A stretch of DNA of 64,000 bases from Gemmatimonas sp. (lineage in GTDB: Bacteria; Gemmatimonadota; Gemmatimonadetes; Gemmatimonadales; Gemmatimonadaceae), in the NCBI GenBank assembly GCA_965279375.1, contig OZ257156.1:96001-160000 (forward strand), given 5' to 3'. Position numbers and translations under genes: made by a program. Positions within the stretch are counted from its first letter, which is position 1. Every line of letters begins with the position of its first letter. Of the stretch, positions 9,816 through 19,878 are shown piece after piece. The notes under the pieces were generated by a model that worked only from the letters and a program-made list of their open reading frames with translations, made no database searches and was not told the DNA's origin.

Positions 9816-11039
9816 TTAGCGCCACCCTTCCAGAAACCCGCCGTCAAACCAGTCCCAAAGCAGATAGACGAGAAACTCCCTGGACTGCGCGGCCTGGCGG
9901 TTCATTGGCAATCGCACGCCAGCGCTGGCCTGGATGTGCTGGCGTCGACTAAGGCTTACCTGAATCTGCGGCACCCAGCTCCATTCGGTCATGCGACCGG
10001 TGCGGAACTCGCGCACGCCCTCGAACTCTGCGATTGGCGTGAAGGTGCGGCCGAAGCCTGAAGGCGCAAAGGTTCGGCCGAAGGCGACGCGCCAGAACGC
10101 CTCCTTCGACGCCTTCCGCTGATCGAACGGAATCTCGATTCCGCTGTGGATCTGCATGAACGCATTGGAGCCGAGCATCTGCCCCGCGAGCACGAAGGGC
10201 TCACCGATCGGCGTGCCCGCACCGGTGCCCGCCGCTGCATCTCCACTTGGCAAGGTCACCTCGAGACCGCCGCTGAGAATCCGCGCGCTCGACACCGATT
10301 GCGTGCTGTGCAGCACTCGCTTGAGCGCCATCGACACATCTCCGAAGTGGGCCCCGGTCCACCGCTGGCCGCTTGCGGTGCCGCGCTCGTGCGTGTTGAT
10401 CGGCACCTGCAGTTCGTACTGCGTGCGTGCGCTGAGTCGCTTCTCGTAGATGTAGGTAACGGTGAGTGAGTGCTGGTTCCTGGGGCCGCTCAGCGACGTG
10501 GTATAGACCGACTCGTCCTCGGGGAAGGCCTTTTCCGTGAGATGGGCGCGCGGAAAGTTCAACTCCCCGCGCGGCCACTGCTTTTCGCTGCAGATGGAGC
10601 GAACGTAGGCAACCACTCGCTCGATCTGCTCGGTGGTCAACGCATCCCCGAACGCAGGCATGCGCGGGGAGAACGCGCGTGTTGGTCCGCCTTCGTGCAC
10701 GATTCCGAACCAGTCCTGCGCGTTTTCCCGGGTGGCGTAGTTGCAGTCGGTGAAATCGGGTAGAGGGACGTCGAAGCCCACCTGCGTCTTCGGCGCACCG
10801 CGGCCGTCCGCGCCGTGGCAGTTCGCGCACGCAGCCACGTAAAGCTCGCGGCCGGTGAGCGTCGCGCCTGTGACGGTGCCAGCCGGACGGATCGCCTCGA
10901 CCGCTTGCGCCACCACACGCTGCGTCGGCAACGCGGAGGCCCAGAGCACCGACAAGGCCAGCAACCACACAACGCGCGAAGCGCGCTCACGGCATTTCGC
11001 ATGGGGGGTCGTACGGCCCTCGGCACTCCGGTTCATCAA
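9816..11039 (-). CDS. Mono-heme cytochrome c fused to a putative outer-membrane beta-barrel domain
   Basis: Signal peptide, then CANCH and MPAFG axial Met motif, then about 250 aa of amphipathic beta-strand-like sequence ending YLLWDWFDGGFLEGWR. The barrel is an inference. Confidence 0.7.
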   Translation of the reverse strand: MMNRSAEGRTTPHAKCRERASRVVWLLALSVLWASALPTQRVVAQAVEAIRPAGTVTGATLTGRELYVAACANCHGADGRGAPKTQVGFDVPLPDFTDCNYATRENAQDWFGIVHEGGPTRAFSPRMPAFGDALTTEQIERVVAYVRSICSEKQWPRGELNFPRAHLTEKAFPEDESVYTTSLSGPRNQHSLTVTYIYEKRLSARTQYELQVPINTHERGTASGQRWTGAHFGDVSMALKRVLHSTQSVSSARILSGGLEVTLPSGDAAAGTGAGTPIGEPFVLAGQMLGSNAFMQIHSGIEIPFDQRKASKEAFWRVAFGRTFAPSGFGRTFTPIAEFEGVREFRTGRMTEWSWVPQIQVSLSRRQHIQASAGVRLPMNRQAAQSREFLVYLLWDWFDGGFLEGWR

Positions 11040-11237
11040 CGCTCCTGTAGTCGCCCAATCGACTGCGGCTGTACGGCGCTCGGCACACTCGCGCGTCGCG
11101 GCACATACATTGTATCTTCATGAATGGCTCCTGACTACAATGCTGACATTCCGCGCAGTGCGCAAGTCGGAGGCGACGACGCGCATCTCGCCCTAACCTG
11201 CGTGGAGCCCACAGGCCAAATTCCGGGATCAGAATCA

Positions 11238-12041
11238 ATGACACTGGACACGCTCCGGTCGTCCGAGTTTTCGCCAGAGGTTGCTGCCGTGCGCGTGTTA
11301 GTTGCAGAGGATGAGGGACAGCTGCGCGAAACGCTCTCTCGCGGGCTGCGCGAGGCAGCCTATGCGGTGGATCTCGTGGCCAATGGCGACGAGGCGGTCA
11401 AACACGCCTCGAGCAACGATTACGACGCGATCATTCTCGACGTGCTGATGCCGCAGGGCAACGGCATCACGGCCTGCCGAAGCATCCGGAAGTCGGGGTC
11501 GACCGTGCCGATTCTCATGCTCACGGCGCTCGACACGCTCGACGACAAGATCCGAGGACTCGATTCGGGCGCTGACGACTATCTCACAAAGCCTTTCCAG
11601 TTCGAGGAGCTGCTCGCGCGACTGCGCGCGCTGACGCGCCGGCGGCCGACGCTGCAAGCCACCGAACTCACTGTCGGCGACCTCGTGATCGATACGGCGA
11701 GGCGGCGGGTCCGGCGAGGCTCCCGGTCGGTCTCGCTAACCAGTAAGGAATACGCCTTCCTCGAGTACCTCGCGCAGAACAACGGCCGCATTGTGCCGCG
11801 TGCCGAGCTTCATGAGCACGTGTGGGACGACAGCATCGCGCCGCTCTCGAACCTCATCGACGTGTACGCAAGCCGAGTGCGGAAGAAGATCGATGACGGC
11901 GAGGCGGTGCCGTTGCTGACCACGCAACGCGCCGTCGGCTACATGCTGGCGGTTCCCGCGGCGGAGTCGGACGTACCGCCGCCCGAGTTGCCGGCCCGGC
12001 GCACCAACCTCAAACCGCCGTCGAAGGGTCAGGGGTCCTGA
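11238..12041 (+). CDS. OmpR/CusR-family response regulator
   Basis: VLVAEDE, IILDVLMP, LMLTA, GADDYLTKPF receiver motifs plus a winged-helix domain. Start is ATG 11238 or GTG 11289. Confidence 0.93.
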   Translation: MTLDTLRSSEFSPEVAAVRVLVAEDEGQLRETLSRGLREAAYAVDLVANGDEAVKHASSNDYDAIILDVLMPQGNGITACRSIRKSGSTVPILMLTALDTLDDKIRGLDSGADDYLTKPFQFEELLARLRALTRRRPTLQATELTVGDLVIDTARRRVRRGSRSVSLTSKEYAFLEYLAQNNGRIVPRAELHEHVWDDSIAPLSNLIDVYASRVRKKIDDGEAVPLLTTQRAVGYMLAVPAAESDVPPPELPARRTNLKPPSKGQGS

Positions 12042-12046
12042 CCGGT

Positions 12047-13543
12047 ATGTTCCGCGTCACGACGACGCTACGAGGCCGCCTGACGATTTGGTACACACTC
12101 GTCCTCGGTCTCATGCTGGTTGCCTTCGCGTTCGTGGCGGATTCCGCGCTGACGCGGATTCTGATTACGCGCACCGACTATTTCATCGCGGACGGCGTCG
12201 GTGGGTTCGCTGCCGGGCTCTTCGGCGAGATGCGGGAACACCTGGATACGAAGGCGGCGATCGACGACGCGTTTCGCGAGGTTCGGTTCCCTGAGCTGCG
12301 CGTGCTGCTGTTGACGGACTCGCTGCGCGTCGTCGGCAGGAGCGTCATCGCCGGTGGACCCAGCCCTGCACCCATCGGCGGCTCAGGTGCCAGCGCCCAA
12401 GCGTCGCACCACGCGCCGGGCGGTTCGCACCCGTTCCTCGTGAACGATGTCGTCGCGCACCTGCGCACGCTCGGCGCGGCGGAGCGCGATGCGGCGGCGT
12501 TTACCGATTCGCGGGGGGACTTTCGCATCAACGTGCGCCCTGTGCTTCTCGCCGACACCGCCTTTTTCCTCGTGGGTGCGTATCCGCTTGACGAGGTACA
12601 CGCCGTCGTCACGCTCGTCCGGCGCTTCTACCTCATCGTCATCCCGTTGCTGTTGATCGTCGCGGCGTTCGGCGGGCAGCTGCTGGCGCGGCGCAGCCTC
12701 TCGCCTTTGACCGAAATGGTCAAGCGCGCGGACCACATCAGCGAGGTGACGCTGCACGAACGCCTTCCGGTGGCGACCCCCGGCGATGAACTGGGACTGT
12801 TGGCCACCGTGGTAAACCGCCTGCTCGGCCGCTTGGACGAGGCGTTCGCGAACCAGCGGCGCTTCATGGCAGACGCATCGCACGAACTCCGTACGCCGCT
12901 GGCCATCTTGCAAAGCGAGGCGGAGATTACGCTCTCGCGACAGGACCGCACCATTGAGGAATACCGCGCCTCCGCGAAGGTGTTGCACGCCGCGACCCAG
13001 CGCATGGATCGCATCGTGACCGAGCTGTTTCTGATGTCGCGTGCTGATGCAGGCCACCTGACGATGCGGCAGGACGCCGTCGACCTGGAGGAGGTTGTCA
13101 ACGACACGGTGCGCGCGGCGCGGCGGATCGCGAGCCAGCGCGGCGTCCACGTCGAACTTCGTCCGCTAATCGCCGCGCCAGTCGAGGGCGATGCCGACCT
13201 GCTGGGAGGGCTGGTCATGAATCTCGTGGACAACGCGGTACGGCACACGCCGCAGAACGGTACGGTCGTCGTCGAACTCGCGGAGCGCGGGCCGTCCTAC
13301 GAAATCCGCGTGACCGACAACGGTGAGGGCATCCCCCACGACGCGCAGCCGCACATCTTCGAGCGTTTTTTTCGCGTCGATTCGGCGCGCAGTCGCTCAG
13401 AATCAAGCTCGACAAGCGGTGCGGGACTCGGACTGGCGATCAGCCGCTGGATTGCGACCGCGCATGGCGGCTCGCTGGACTTGGTACACTCGGAGCCTGG
13501 CCGAACAGAATTCTGTGCCACTATCCCAGGAGAGCGGCTCTAG
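12047..13543 (+). CDS. HAMP-domain sensor histidine kinase (CusS-like)
   Basis: Two TM segments, HAMP domain, H-box ADASHELRTPL, N-box NLVDNAVRH, DNGEG and GAGLGL. Confidence 0.93.
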   Translation: MFRVTTTLRGRLTIWYTLVLGLMLVAFAFVADSALTRILITRTDYFIADGVGGFAAGLFGEMREHLDTKAAIDDAFREVRFPELRVLLLTDSLRVVGRSVIAGGPSPAPIGGSGASAQASHHAPGGSHPFLVNDVVAHLRTLGAAERDAAAFTDSRGDFRINVRPVLLADTAFFLVGAYPLDEVHAVVTLVRRFYLIVIPLLLIVAAFGGQLLARRSLSPLTEMVKRADHISEVTLHERLPVATPGDELGLLATVVNRLLGRLDEAFANQRRFMADASHELRTPLAILQSEAEITLSRQDRTIEEYRASAKVLHAATQRMDRIVTELFLMSRADAGHLTMRQDAVDLEEVVNDTVRAARRIASQRGVHVELRPLIAAPVEGDADLLGGLVMNLVDNAVRHTPQNGTVVVELAERGPSYEIRVTDNGEGIPHDAQPHIFERFFRVDSARSRSESSSTSGAGLGLAISRWIATAHGGSLDLVHSEPGRTEFCATIPGERL

Positions 13544-13790
13544 CCAAAGCGAATGGCCCCAGCCGCCCTGCGCAGGGCAGTCACTTTCGCTGGCCGGGCA
13601 ACGCGTGAGCTGCTTCGATCAACAGAGCGATCATCGTCGCTCGCTGTTCCTAATCTTCCGTTGCTATTGAGTACGTCATCAATGATGGCAACCTTGTTGG
13701 CTGCGCGCACGGATCGCAGCTTGTTGAACGACCACTCGCCGGATCGCGAGCGTTTGCGCTCCATCCCTTCAACGCGCCAGATCGATTCTC

Positions 13791-14033
13791 ATGCAGCAGC
13801 TGTTCGACGGCCCTTCGCGAATCTGGGTGATGGTGATCATCGCCGTCGCCATCTACATCCTTCCGACCATTCTCGTCTGGAAGCGCCAGAGCAGTCGTCG
13901 CTGGAAGGTGACCGCGATCAACCTGCTGCTGGGGTGGACGCTGATCGGCTGGGTGGTGGCCATGGTCATGACGTTTGCTTACGAGCCGCCGCCTGAGGGT
14001 GCGCCTCCCGACGAGCCACATCTCAAGTACTGA
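13791..14033 (+). CDS. Superinfection immunity protein (T4 Imm-like family)
   Basis: 80-aa membrane protein with the family pattern IYILPTIL...INLLLGWTLIGWVVAM. Confidence 0.8.
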   Translation: MQQLFDGPSRIWVMVIIAVAIYILPTILVWKRQSSRRWKVTAINLLLGWTLIGWVVAMVMTFAYEPPPEGAPPDEPHLKY

Positions 14034-14059
14034 ACGAGTTCACCGAGTGACTCACCTGG

Positions 14060-15436
14060 TCAGAACGCGCCGAACGACGACCCCAGCAGCAGCAACGCAG
14101 CAAGCGCGATGATCGGGACGAGCACGGACACGACGAAGATGTCCAGGTACGATTCCCTGTGTGTGAGCTGACAGATCACCAGCAACGAGATGACCGCACC
14201 GTTGTGCGGTAGCGAGTCGAGGCCGCCCGATGCGACGGCCGCGACGCGATGCAAGAGCTCGGGACTCACGCCTGCGTTGGTACCCAGCTCCAGATACGTC
14301 TTGCCCAGCATGTTCAGGGCGATGCTGAGCCCACCCGATGCGGATCCGGTCACACCCGCCATGATGTTCACGGCGATGGCTTCGGAGATGAGCGGATTGC
14401 CTGGGGAAATGCCGACGACGGCGTTGCGAATGACCTCGAACGCCGCCAGCGCCGCAATCACGGAGCCGTAGCCCACCTCCGACGCGGTGTTGAAGATCGG
14501 CAGGAGCGCGCCGAGTGTGCCTTCGTTGACGGAGGCCTTGAGGTCGTGCCAGCGACGCCAGTTGATGCCGATGGTCACCACCATCGCGGTGAAGATGGCC
14601 GCGATCAGCGACCAGACGCCGCGGACATCGTTGAGGGTCACCTTGCCGAATTTCGCGTCCGCCAGGTACGTCGTGTCCATCGCCGGAATGATCCATCGCG
14701 TGCACACGAAGTTGAGCGCGATGACCAGCACCACCGGCAACAAAGCGACCAGCAGCGACGGACGCTCCCCGCGCGTCACCGCCACCAGCGTCTCCGTTGG
14801 GTGCGCGCCGTATCCTTCGCCGCCAGCCTTGGCGAGACGCGCGCGCCGCGAGAGCCACCACATGCCGCCGCCGAACATGATGGCACCCGCGATCGTGCCG
14901 AGTCCCGGTGCCGCGAACGCATCGGTGCCGAAGTACGGCATCGGGATAGCGTTCTGAATGGCGGGCGTACCGGGGAGCGCCGTCATCGTGAACGTGGCCG
15001 ACCCCAGCACCAACGCGGCCGGCATGAGGCGTTTGGGAATGCCGGCTTCACGGAAGAGCGCCGCCCCCACGGGATACGCCGCGAACGCCACGACGAACAC
15101 CGACACACCGCCATACGTGAGAATCGCGCACGAAAGCACGAGCGCCATCACGGCGCGATGAGCGCCGATGCCCGCCACAATGCTGCGCGCGATCGTATCC
15201 GCCGATCCTGAGTCGCTCATCAGTCGGCCGAAGACCGCTCCGAGCATGAAGAGCGGAAAGTATTTGATGAGAAAGCCGCCCAGCCCCGTCATGAAGACCT
15301 GCGTGTACATCGCGAGCAGGCGCGTATCGCCACCAAGCAGTACGGCCAGCAGCGCCAGAAGAGGCGCGAGCACCAATACCGAATAGCCGCGATACGCGAG
15401 CCAGATCAGCAGCGCGAGCGAAATGAGGATCGACAT
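14060..15436 (-). CDS. GntP family permease (hydroxy-acid/gluconate:H+ symporter-like)
   Basis: Polytopic protein with LTYGGVSVFVV, ALPGTPAIQNAIP, TGSASGG and DSLPHNGAV motifs. Start ATG 15436. Confidence 0.88.
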   Translation of the reverse strand: MSILISLALLIWLAYRGYSVLVLAPLLALLAVLLGGDTRLLAMYTQVFMTGLGGFLIKYFPLFMLGAVFGRLMSDSGSADTIARSIVAGIGAHRAVMALVLSCAILTYGGVSVFVVAFAAYPVGAALFREAGIPKRLMPAALVLGSATFTMTALPGTPAIQNAIPMPYFGTDAFAAPGLGTIAGAIMFGGGMWWLSRRARLAKAGGEGYGAHPTETLVAVTRGERPSLLVALLPVVLVIALNFVCTRWIIPAMDTTYLADAKFGKVTLNDVRGVWSLIAAIFTAMVVTIGINWRRWHDLKASVNEGTLGALLPIFNTASEVGYGSVIAALAAFEVIRNAVVGISPGNPLISEAIAVNIMAGVTGSASGGLSIALNMLGKTYLELGTNAGVSPELLHRVAAVASGGLDSLPHNGAVISLLVICQLTHRESYLDIFVVSVLVPIIALAALLLLGSSFGAF

Positions 15437-15446
15437 CGTGCGCCCT

Positions 15447-17305
15447 CTACTTCCCACCTCCACTCGGCGGCAGCGACGCGGCGTACTTCCACTGCGCCTG
15501 ATAGTCGCGCGTCAGCGGCTGCTTGAGCATGAGACTCCGCACCATCTCCACCGGCATCGTGCCGCGCGTGTAGATGAAATCGTGGAACGTACGGTTCGAC
15601 ATTTTGCCGCCGTCCACCACCTCGTGATGTAGCGCGCGGAACTGCAGGCCGCCCATCATGTAGGCCACCTGATAAAGCGGACCGTAGCTGCCGTTGAATG
15701 AGCGACGTACTTCGGCGGTGGCATTGGCACGCTCGTGCCCGACCTTGTCGATCAGGAACTCGATGCACTGCTGCGGCGTCCAGTTGCCCAAGTGAAAATT
15801 GAGCGAGAAGATGATTCGCGCCGCGCGGTGCATGCGCCAGAAGAGCGCGCCGATCCGGTCTTCCGGCTTGGCGTGATAGCCCAAGTCCCAGAAGATGGTT
15901 TCCCAGTAGAACGCGGCGCCCTCGGTCCAGAAGGGCGTGCGGAACTCGCCGCGATAGTCGGCGTAGCGCGCGTTCATGAAGCCCTGCAGATGATGCCGGG
16001 AATCATCTCGTGAAAGACGGTCGCGTGTGAGAAGTGCGGGTTGTTGCCGCGCATCGACATCATCTTGTCGTCGTCCGACATCGAGTCGGTGGGATAGGAC
16101 ACCTGCAGCACTTCACCGCCCAGAAAGAACGGGCTCACCTTCTGTCGCTCTGGCGAGAGCATTTCGATGCGCCAGATGTCCTGCGCCAGCGCCGGAATGG
16201 TGATGAGATCGTGTTTCTTGAGGAATGCGAGTCCGTCGAACTCGAGATCGCGCACCATGTTGACCTGATCGCCAGGTGGCACGGCCGACTGCTTGACCTT
16301 CTCCATCGCCGCCTTCCAGTCGTCGCCGAAGCCCATTTCGCGCGCGGCTTTCTTCATCTCCGACTCGCCCCACGTCAGCTCCTGCTGCGCGATCGCCATG
16401 AGTTCTTCCGGCGAGTACGCAATCATCTCGTGCCGCAGATCGGCGAGGATGGCAGCGCGCCCGATCGGCAGGCCGACGATCGGCTCGTCTTCACCGGGAC
16501 GGATCCCGACGATGCGCGTGCGCAGCGTGCGCGTGAGTGCGGTGATGGATGTATCCGCCGCGCGATACGACATGCGCGTCCACCAGGTGAACATCGGGTC
16601 GTATCCGTCGTAGAACTTATACCAGCTCTGCATGGTGCTCTTCACCTGCGCGAGCACTTCCACCGCGCGATACGCCGCAACTTTGCTGGGCCGTCCCGGT
16701 TTGGCGGAATCACGCGGCGTGAGGCTATCGAGCCGAGCCCGTACCGCATTGGCCATTGCGGCCACATGCTCCAGCGCCTTGGCAGACAGCTGCGGATCGA
16801 CGGTGCGCATCTCACGACGCATCGCTTCGAGCGCGAAGACGGTGTCCGCGAAGGGCATCAGCGGTGCGATGTCGCGCCACACGTTGGCATCGAGGACCGC
16901 CTGCGCCTGCTCGCTCTCGATCTTGTTGCGCAGCAGCACGTAGTCGGCCTTGGCGTCGGCGCTCAGCTTGCCGAAGTCCACCGCCGCCAACTTGCTCAAC
17001 CACGCCGCGTAGAACGCGTCCATCACGCGCCGCTGCGTCGGTGAGTAGCCCACGCGGTAGCGCCGCAGCAATCCCTGCCGATCCGCGCTGTAGCGCTCCA
17101 CGACACCACGGAACTCGCTGCCGCGATCGGCGAGCAGCGCCGCGACATCCGGCGTGTACACCGCGGGATCGAGCTGCACATTCTGGTCGGTCGGCTTGGC
17201 GCGCTGCTGCGCGGACATCGGCGCGGCAGTCGCAAGCAATGCGAGAAGCGCGACGCGACGCCAGCGGGCGGCGGGCGATTCAAAGTGAACGTAGCGAACG
17301 GCCAT
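15447..17305 (-). pseudogene. DUF885 family protein split by a 1-bp frameshift near 15996 (pseudogene or sequencing error)
   Basis: ORF 15974..17305 ends HEMIPG-IICRAS*. Adding one base restores HEMIPGHHLQGFMNARY in frame with ORF 15447..15977 (EGAAFYWE, YQVAYMMG). Confidence 0.85.
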
Positions 17306-17377
17306 GGGGTGGCGGAGGCAGAGCGTGAAGGAACGGTCGCGCGTAGGCGCAGCTGACCGTTGCAACGCTACGACCTC

Positions 17378-17806
17378 TCAGCCGATTCGCAATATCTCGA
17401 TCGCCTGTCGCGTCGCCTCGGGAATCGGGGTGGGACGACGCGTCTCCCGATTGACGTACACGTGGGCAAAGTGGCCCGCCGCGGCCGGGAGTTCATCGCC
17501 CTGCCGATAGATCGCCAACTCGTAGCGCACACTGCTCGACCCGATCTGCGTCACTCGCAGCCCTACATCGATGCGATCGGGAAAGGAGAGCGGCTGATAG
17601 AACACGCACTGGGTTTCAACGACGAGGCCGATCGCCGCACTACCGGCGATATCGAGCAATCCCCGCTCCACGAGCCAGCGATTCACCGCGGTGTCGAAGT
17701 AGCTGTAGTACACGACGTTGTTGACATGACCGTATGCGTCATTGTCCATCCAACGCGTGTCCAGTGAAGCGATGTAGGGGAACTCGGACCGTGTGGTATT
17801 CCGCAT
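17378..17806 (-). CDS. Acyl-CoA thioesterase (4HBT/YbgC hot-dog family)
   Basis: RWMDNDAYGHVNNVVYYSYFD motif. Confidence 0.92.
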   Translation of the reverse strand: MRNTTRSEFPYIASLDTRWMDNDAYGHVNNVVYYSYFDTAVNRWLVERGLLDIAGSAAIGLVVETQCVFYQPLSFPDRIDVGLRVTQIGSSSVRYELAIYRQGDELPAAAGHFAHVYVNRETRRPTPIPEATRQAIEILRIG

Positions 17807-17809
17807 CGG

Positions 17810-18985
17810 TCAGAGCACCTCGGTGTAGATGGCAAGCGCATCTTCGTATGTCACGTCGCGCGGATTGTTCACCAGCAGACGCTGCACGGCCATGGCGTCC
17901 GTTGCCAGCTGTGGCAGATCGGTGTGCGTGACGCCGACGTCCCGAAGCTTTCGCTCGAGCCCCGACATCGCCAACAATTCATCGATGGCCTGCACGAATC
18001 CTTCGCCGGCGTCGCCACCGTGGCGCAGGTGCTCTGACGCAGGCGTGATGGCTGGCAGCAGCTCGGCGTAGTGCGCCCGTGCCGCCGGCAAATTGAATTG
18101 CAGCACCGGCACGAGCACGAGCGCGTTGCTCAGTCCATGTGGCACATGAAAACGGCCACCGAGTGGATACGCCAGCGCGTGCACCGCGGCCACTGGTGCG
18201 TTGGCGAACGCCATTCCGGCGAGCATGGAGCCCTGCAGCATCGCGCGCCGCGCGTCGAGATCGCTCGGCTGTGCCAACACGATCGGCAAGTTGGCCGATA
18301 GCAATTGCAGCGCGCGCACGGCGAGCGTATCGGACAGGACGTTCTTGCGATGCCGAGTCGTGTACGCTTCGATCGCGTGCACCATTGCGTCGATACCGGT
18401 CATCGCGGTGACACGCGCCGGCAGCGCTAACGTCAGCGTCGCATCGAGCACTGCGACATCGGCGTACAACAGGCGTGAGACGACGCCCTGCTTGGCGCCG
18501 CTGGGCGTTGTCACGATGGCGATCGGCGTGACTTCCGACCCCGTGCCCGAGGTCGTCGGTACTTGCAGCAGCGGCAGGCGCGCTCCGGTGGCCTTGTCCA
18601 CTCCGTAGGCCGACTCGAGCGTGCAGGTTCCCGTTGCCAGCAACGCCACGAGCTTCGCCGTATCCATCGAGCTGCCGCCGCCCACACCGATGACGCCGTC
18701 CACGCGCGCCCGCTGTGCGAGCTCCGTCGCCGCGATGACGCACGTCTCGGGCGGATCCCCGAGCACATCGGCGAAGACGGTTACCCCGACGCCGAAAGCC
18801 TCGAACGATGCCAGCGCCTCTTCCAGAATGCCGGCCGCCAGCAGTCCGCGGTCCGTCACGACCAGCGCATGCGTGATGCCCGCGTCGCGCGCATGGCGGC
18901 CAAGCTCCGCCGCAGCACCGTCCTGACAGATCACGCGCGGCACCGTCTCGAAGACGAACCCACCGGCGCCGTGCACAATACTCAC
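17810..18985 (-). CDS. Iron-containing alcohol dehydrogenase
   Basis: GGGSSMDTAK, PTTSGTGSEVT, DAMVHAIEAY, HALAY and HGLSNA motifs. Confidence 0.93.
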   Translation of the reverse strand: MSIVHGAGGFVFETVPRVICQDGAAAELGRHARDAGITHALVVTDRGLLAAGILEEALASFEAFGVGVTVFADVLGDPPETCVIAATELAQRARVDGVIGVGGGSSMDTAKLVALLATGTCTLESAYGVDKATGARLPLLQVPTTSGTGSEVTPIAIVTTPSGAKQGVVSRLLYADVAVLDATLTLALPARVTAMTGIDAMVHAIEAYTTRHRKNVLSDTLAVRALQLLSANLPIVLAQPSDLDARRAMLQGSMLAGMAFANAPVAAVHALAYPLGGRFHVPHGLSNALVLVPVLQFNLPAARAHYAELLPAITPASEHLRHGGDAGEGFVQAIDELLAMSGLERKLRDVGVTHTDLPQLATDAMAVQRLLVNNPRDVTYEDALAIYTEVL

Positions 18986-19878
18986 GCTGCGTCCCGTGCG
19001 CGGGCGCGCCCCACCACCAGCGTCACGTTGTCCGAGCCGCCGCGATCGAGCACGAGCGCCAACAATGAGCGACAGGCCTGCTCGGACGAGGTCATGGTGC
19101 GCAACGCCTCGGAGATCTCGTCATCGGAGACGTGCTTGGTTAACCCATCGCTGCAGACGAGAATCACACTGCCGATCTGCTCGACGTTCACACGCGACAC
19201 TTCGGGGACAGCCTCGTTCGCGCCAATCGCGCTCGAAAGCACATGACTCAGCGGAGACGCCTGTGCGCGTTCTGGCGTGAGCAGGCCGCGATCCACCAGA
19301 TCCTGCGCCACGGTCTGATCGCGCGTCACCTGCCGAAGTGCACCGTCCTCAAAGAAATAGCAACGGGAATCGCCGACCTGCAGCACGTAGAGCCAAGGCC
19401 ACACGACAATGCCGACGGACAGCGTCGTCGCCATTTGCCGACCGCCCAGATGCTCCCGCGCCTCGGCTCGCACCGTCTCGTGCGCTTCCTGCGCCGCCGC
19501 CCGCAGCGCTTCGATGAACTCATTGTCGTCGGAGGTGCCCACCGTGTGGTAGCATCGCAGCGTCGAACTCACGTAGCGCATGATGGTCTGCGTGGCCAGC
19601 CGACTCGCCTCGCTGCCGGCCGCGCTTCCGCCCACGCCATCGGCCACCACGAGAATCGTGGCCAGTCGCTGACCAGTCGACTCCAGGCTGGTCGCGTCAG
19701 GCAGACTGGTGCCGTGCAGCGCCAGCTGCGCGTGCAGCGTGGCCAGCAGGAAATGATCCTGATTCTCCTGACGGACCAGTCCGATGTGCGTGAGGCCGAA
19801 CATATCAAGTTCGTCGTCGCGTGGCCGGTCAGTGCGCACCACGCCTGCGTCGGCGTCGGTCGCGGTAAGAGACATCAT
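18982..19878 (-). CDS. PP2C-family Ser/Thr protein phosphatase
   Basis: RQENQD, VADGVGG, VGDSRCY, CSDGL and GGSDNVT motifs; ATGA overlap with the upstream gene. Confidence 0.93.
   Translation of the reverse strand: MMSLTATDADAGVVRTDRPRDDELDMFGLTHIGLVRQENQDHFLLATLHAQLALHGTSLPDATSLESTGQRLATILVVADGVGGSAAGSEASRLATQTIMRYVSSTLRCYHTVGTSDDNEFIEALRAAAQEAHETVRAEAREHLGGRQMATTLSVGIVVWPWLYVLQVGDSRCYFFEDGALRQVTRDQTVAQDLVDRGLLTPERAQASPLSHVLSSAIGANEAVPEVSRVNVEQIGSVILVCSDGLTKHVSDDEISEALRTMTSSEQACRSLLALVLDRGGSDNVTLVVGRARARDAA

Noticed and set aside
13544..14059. Prophage remnant around the immunity gene
   Set aside because: No integrase, att-like repeats or other phage genes seen.
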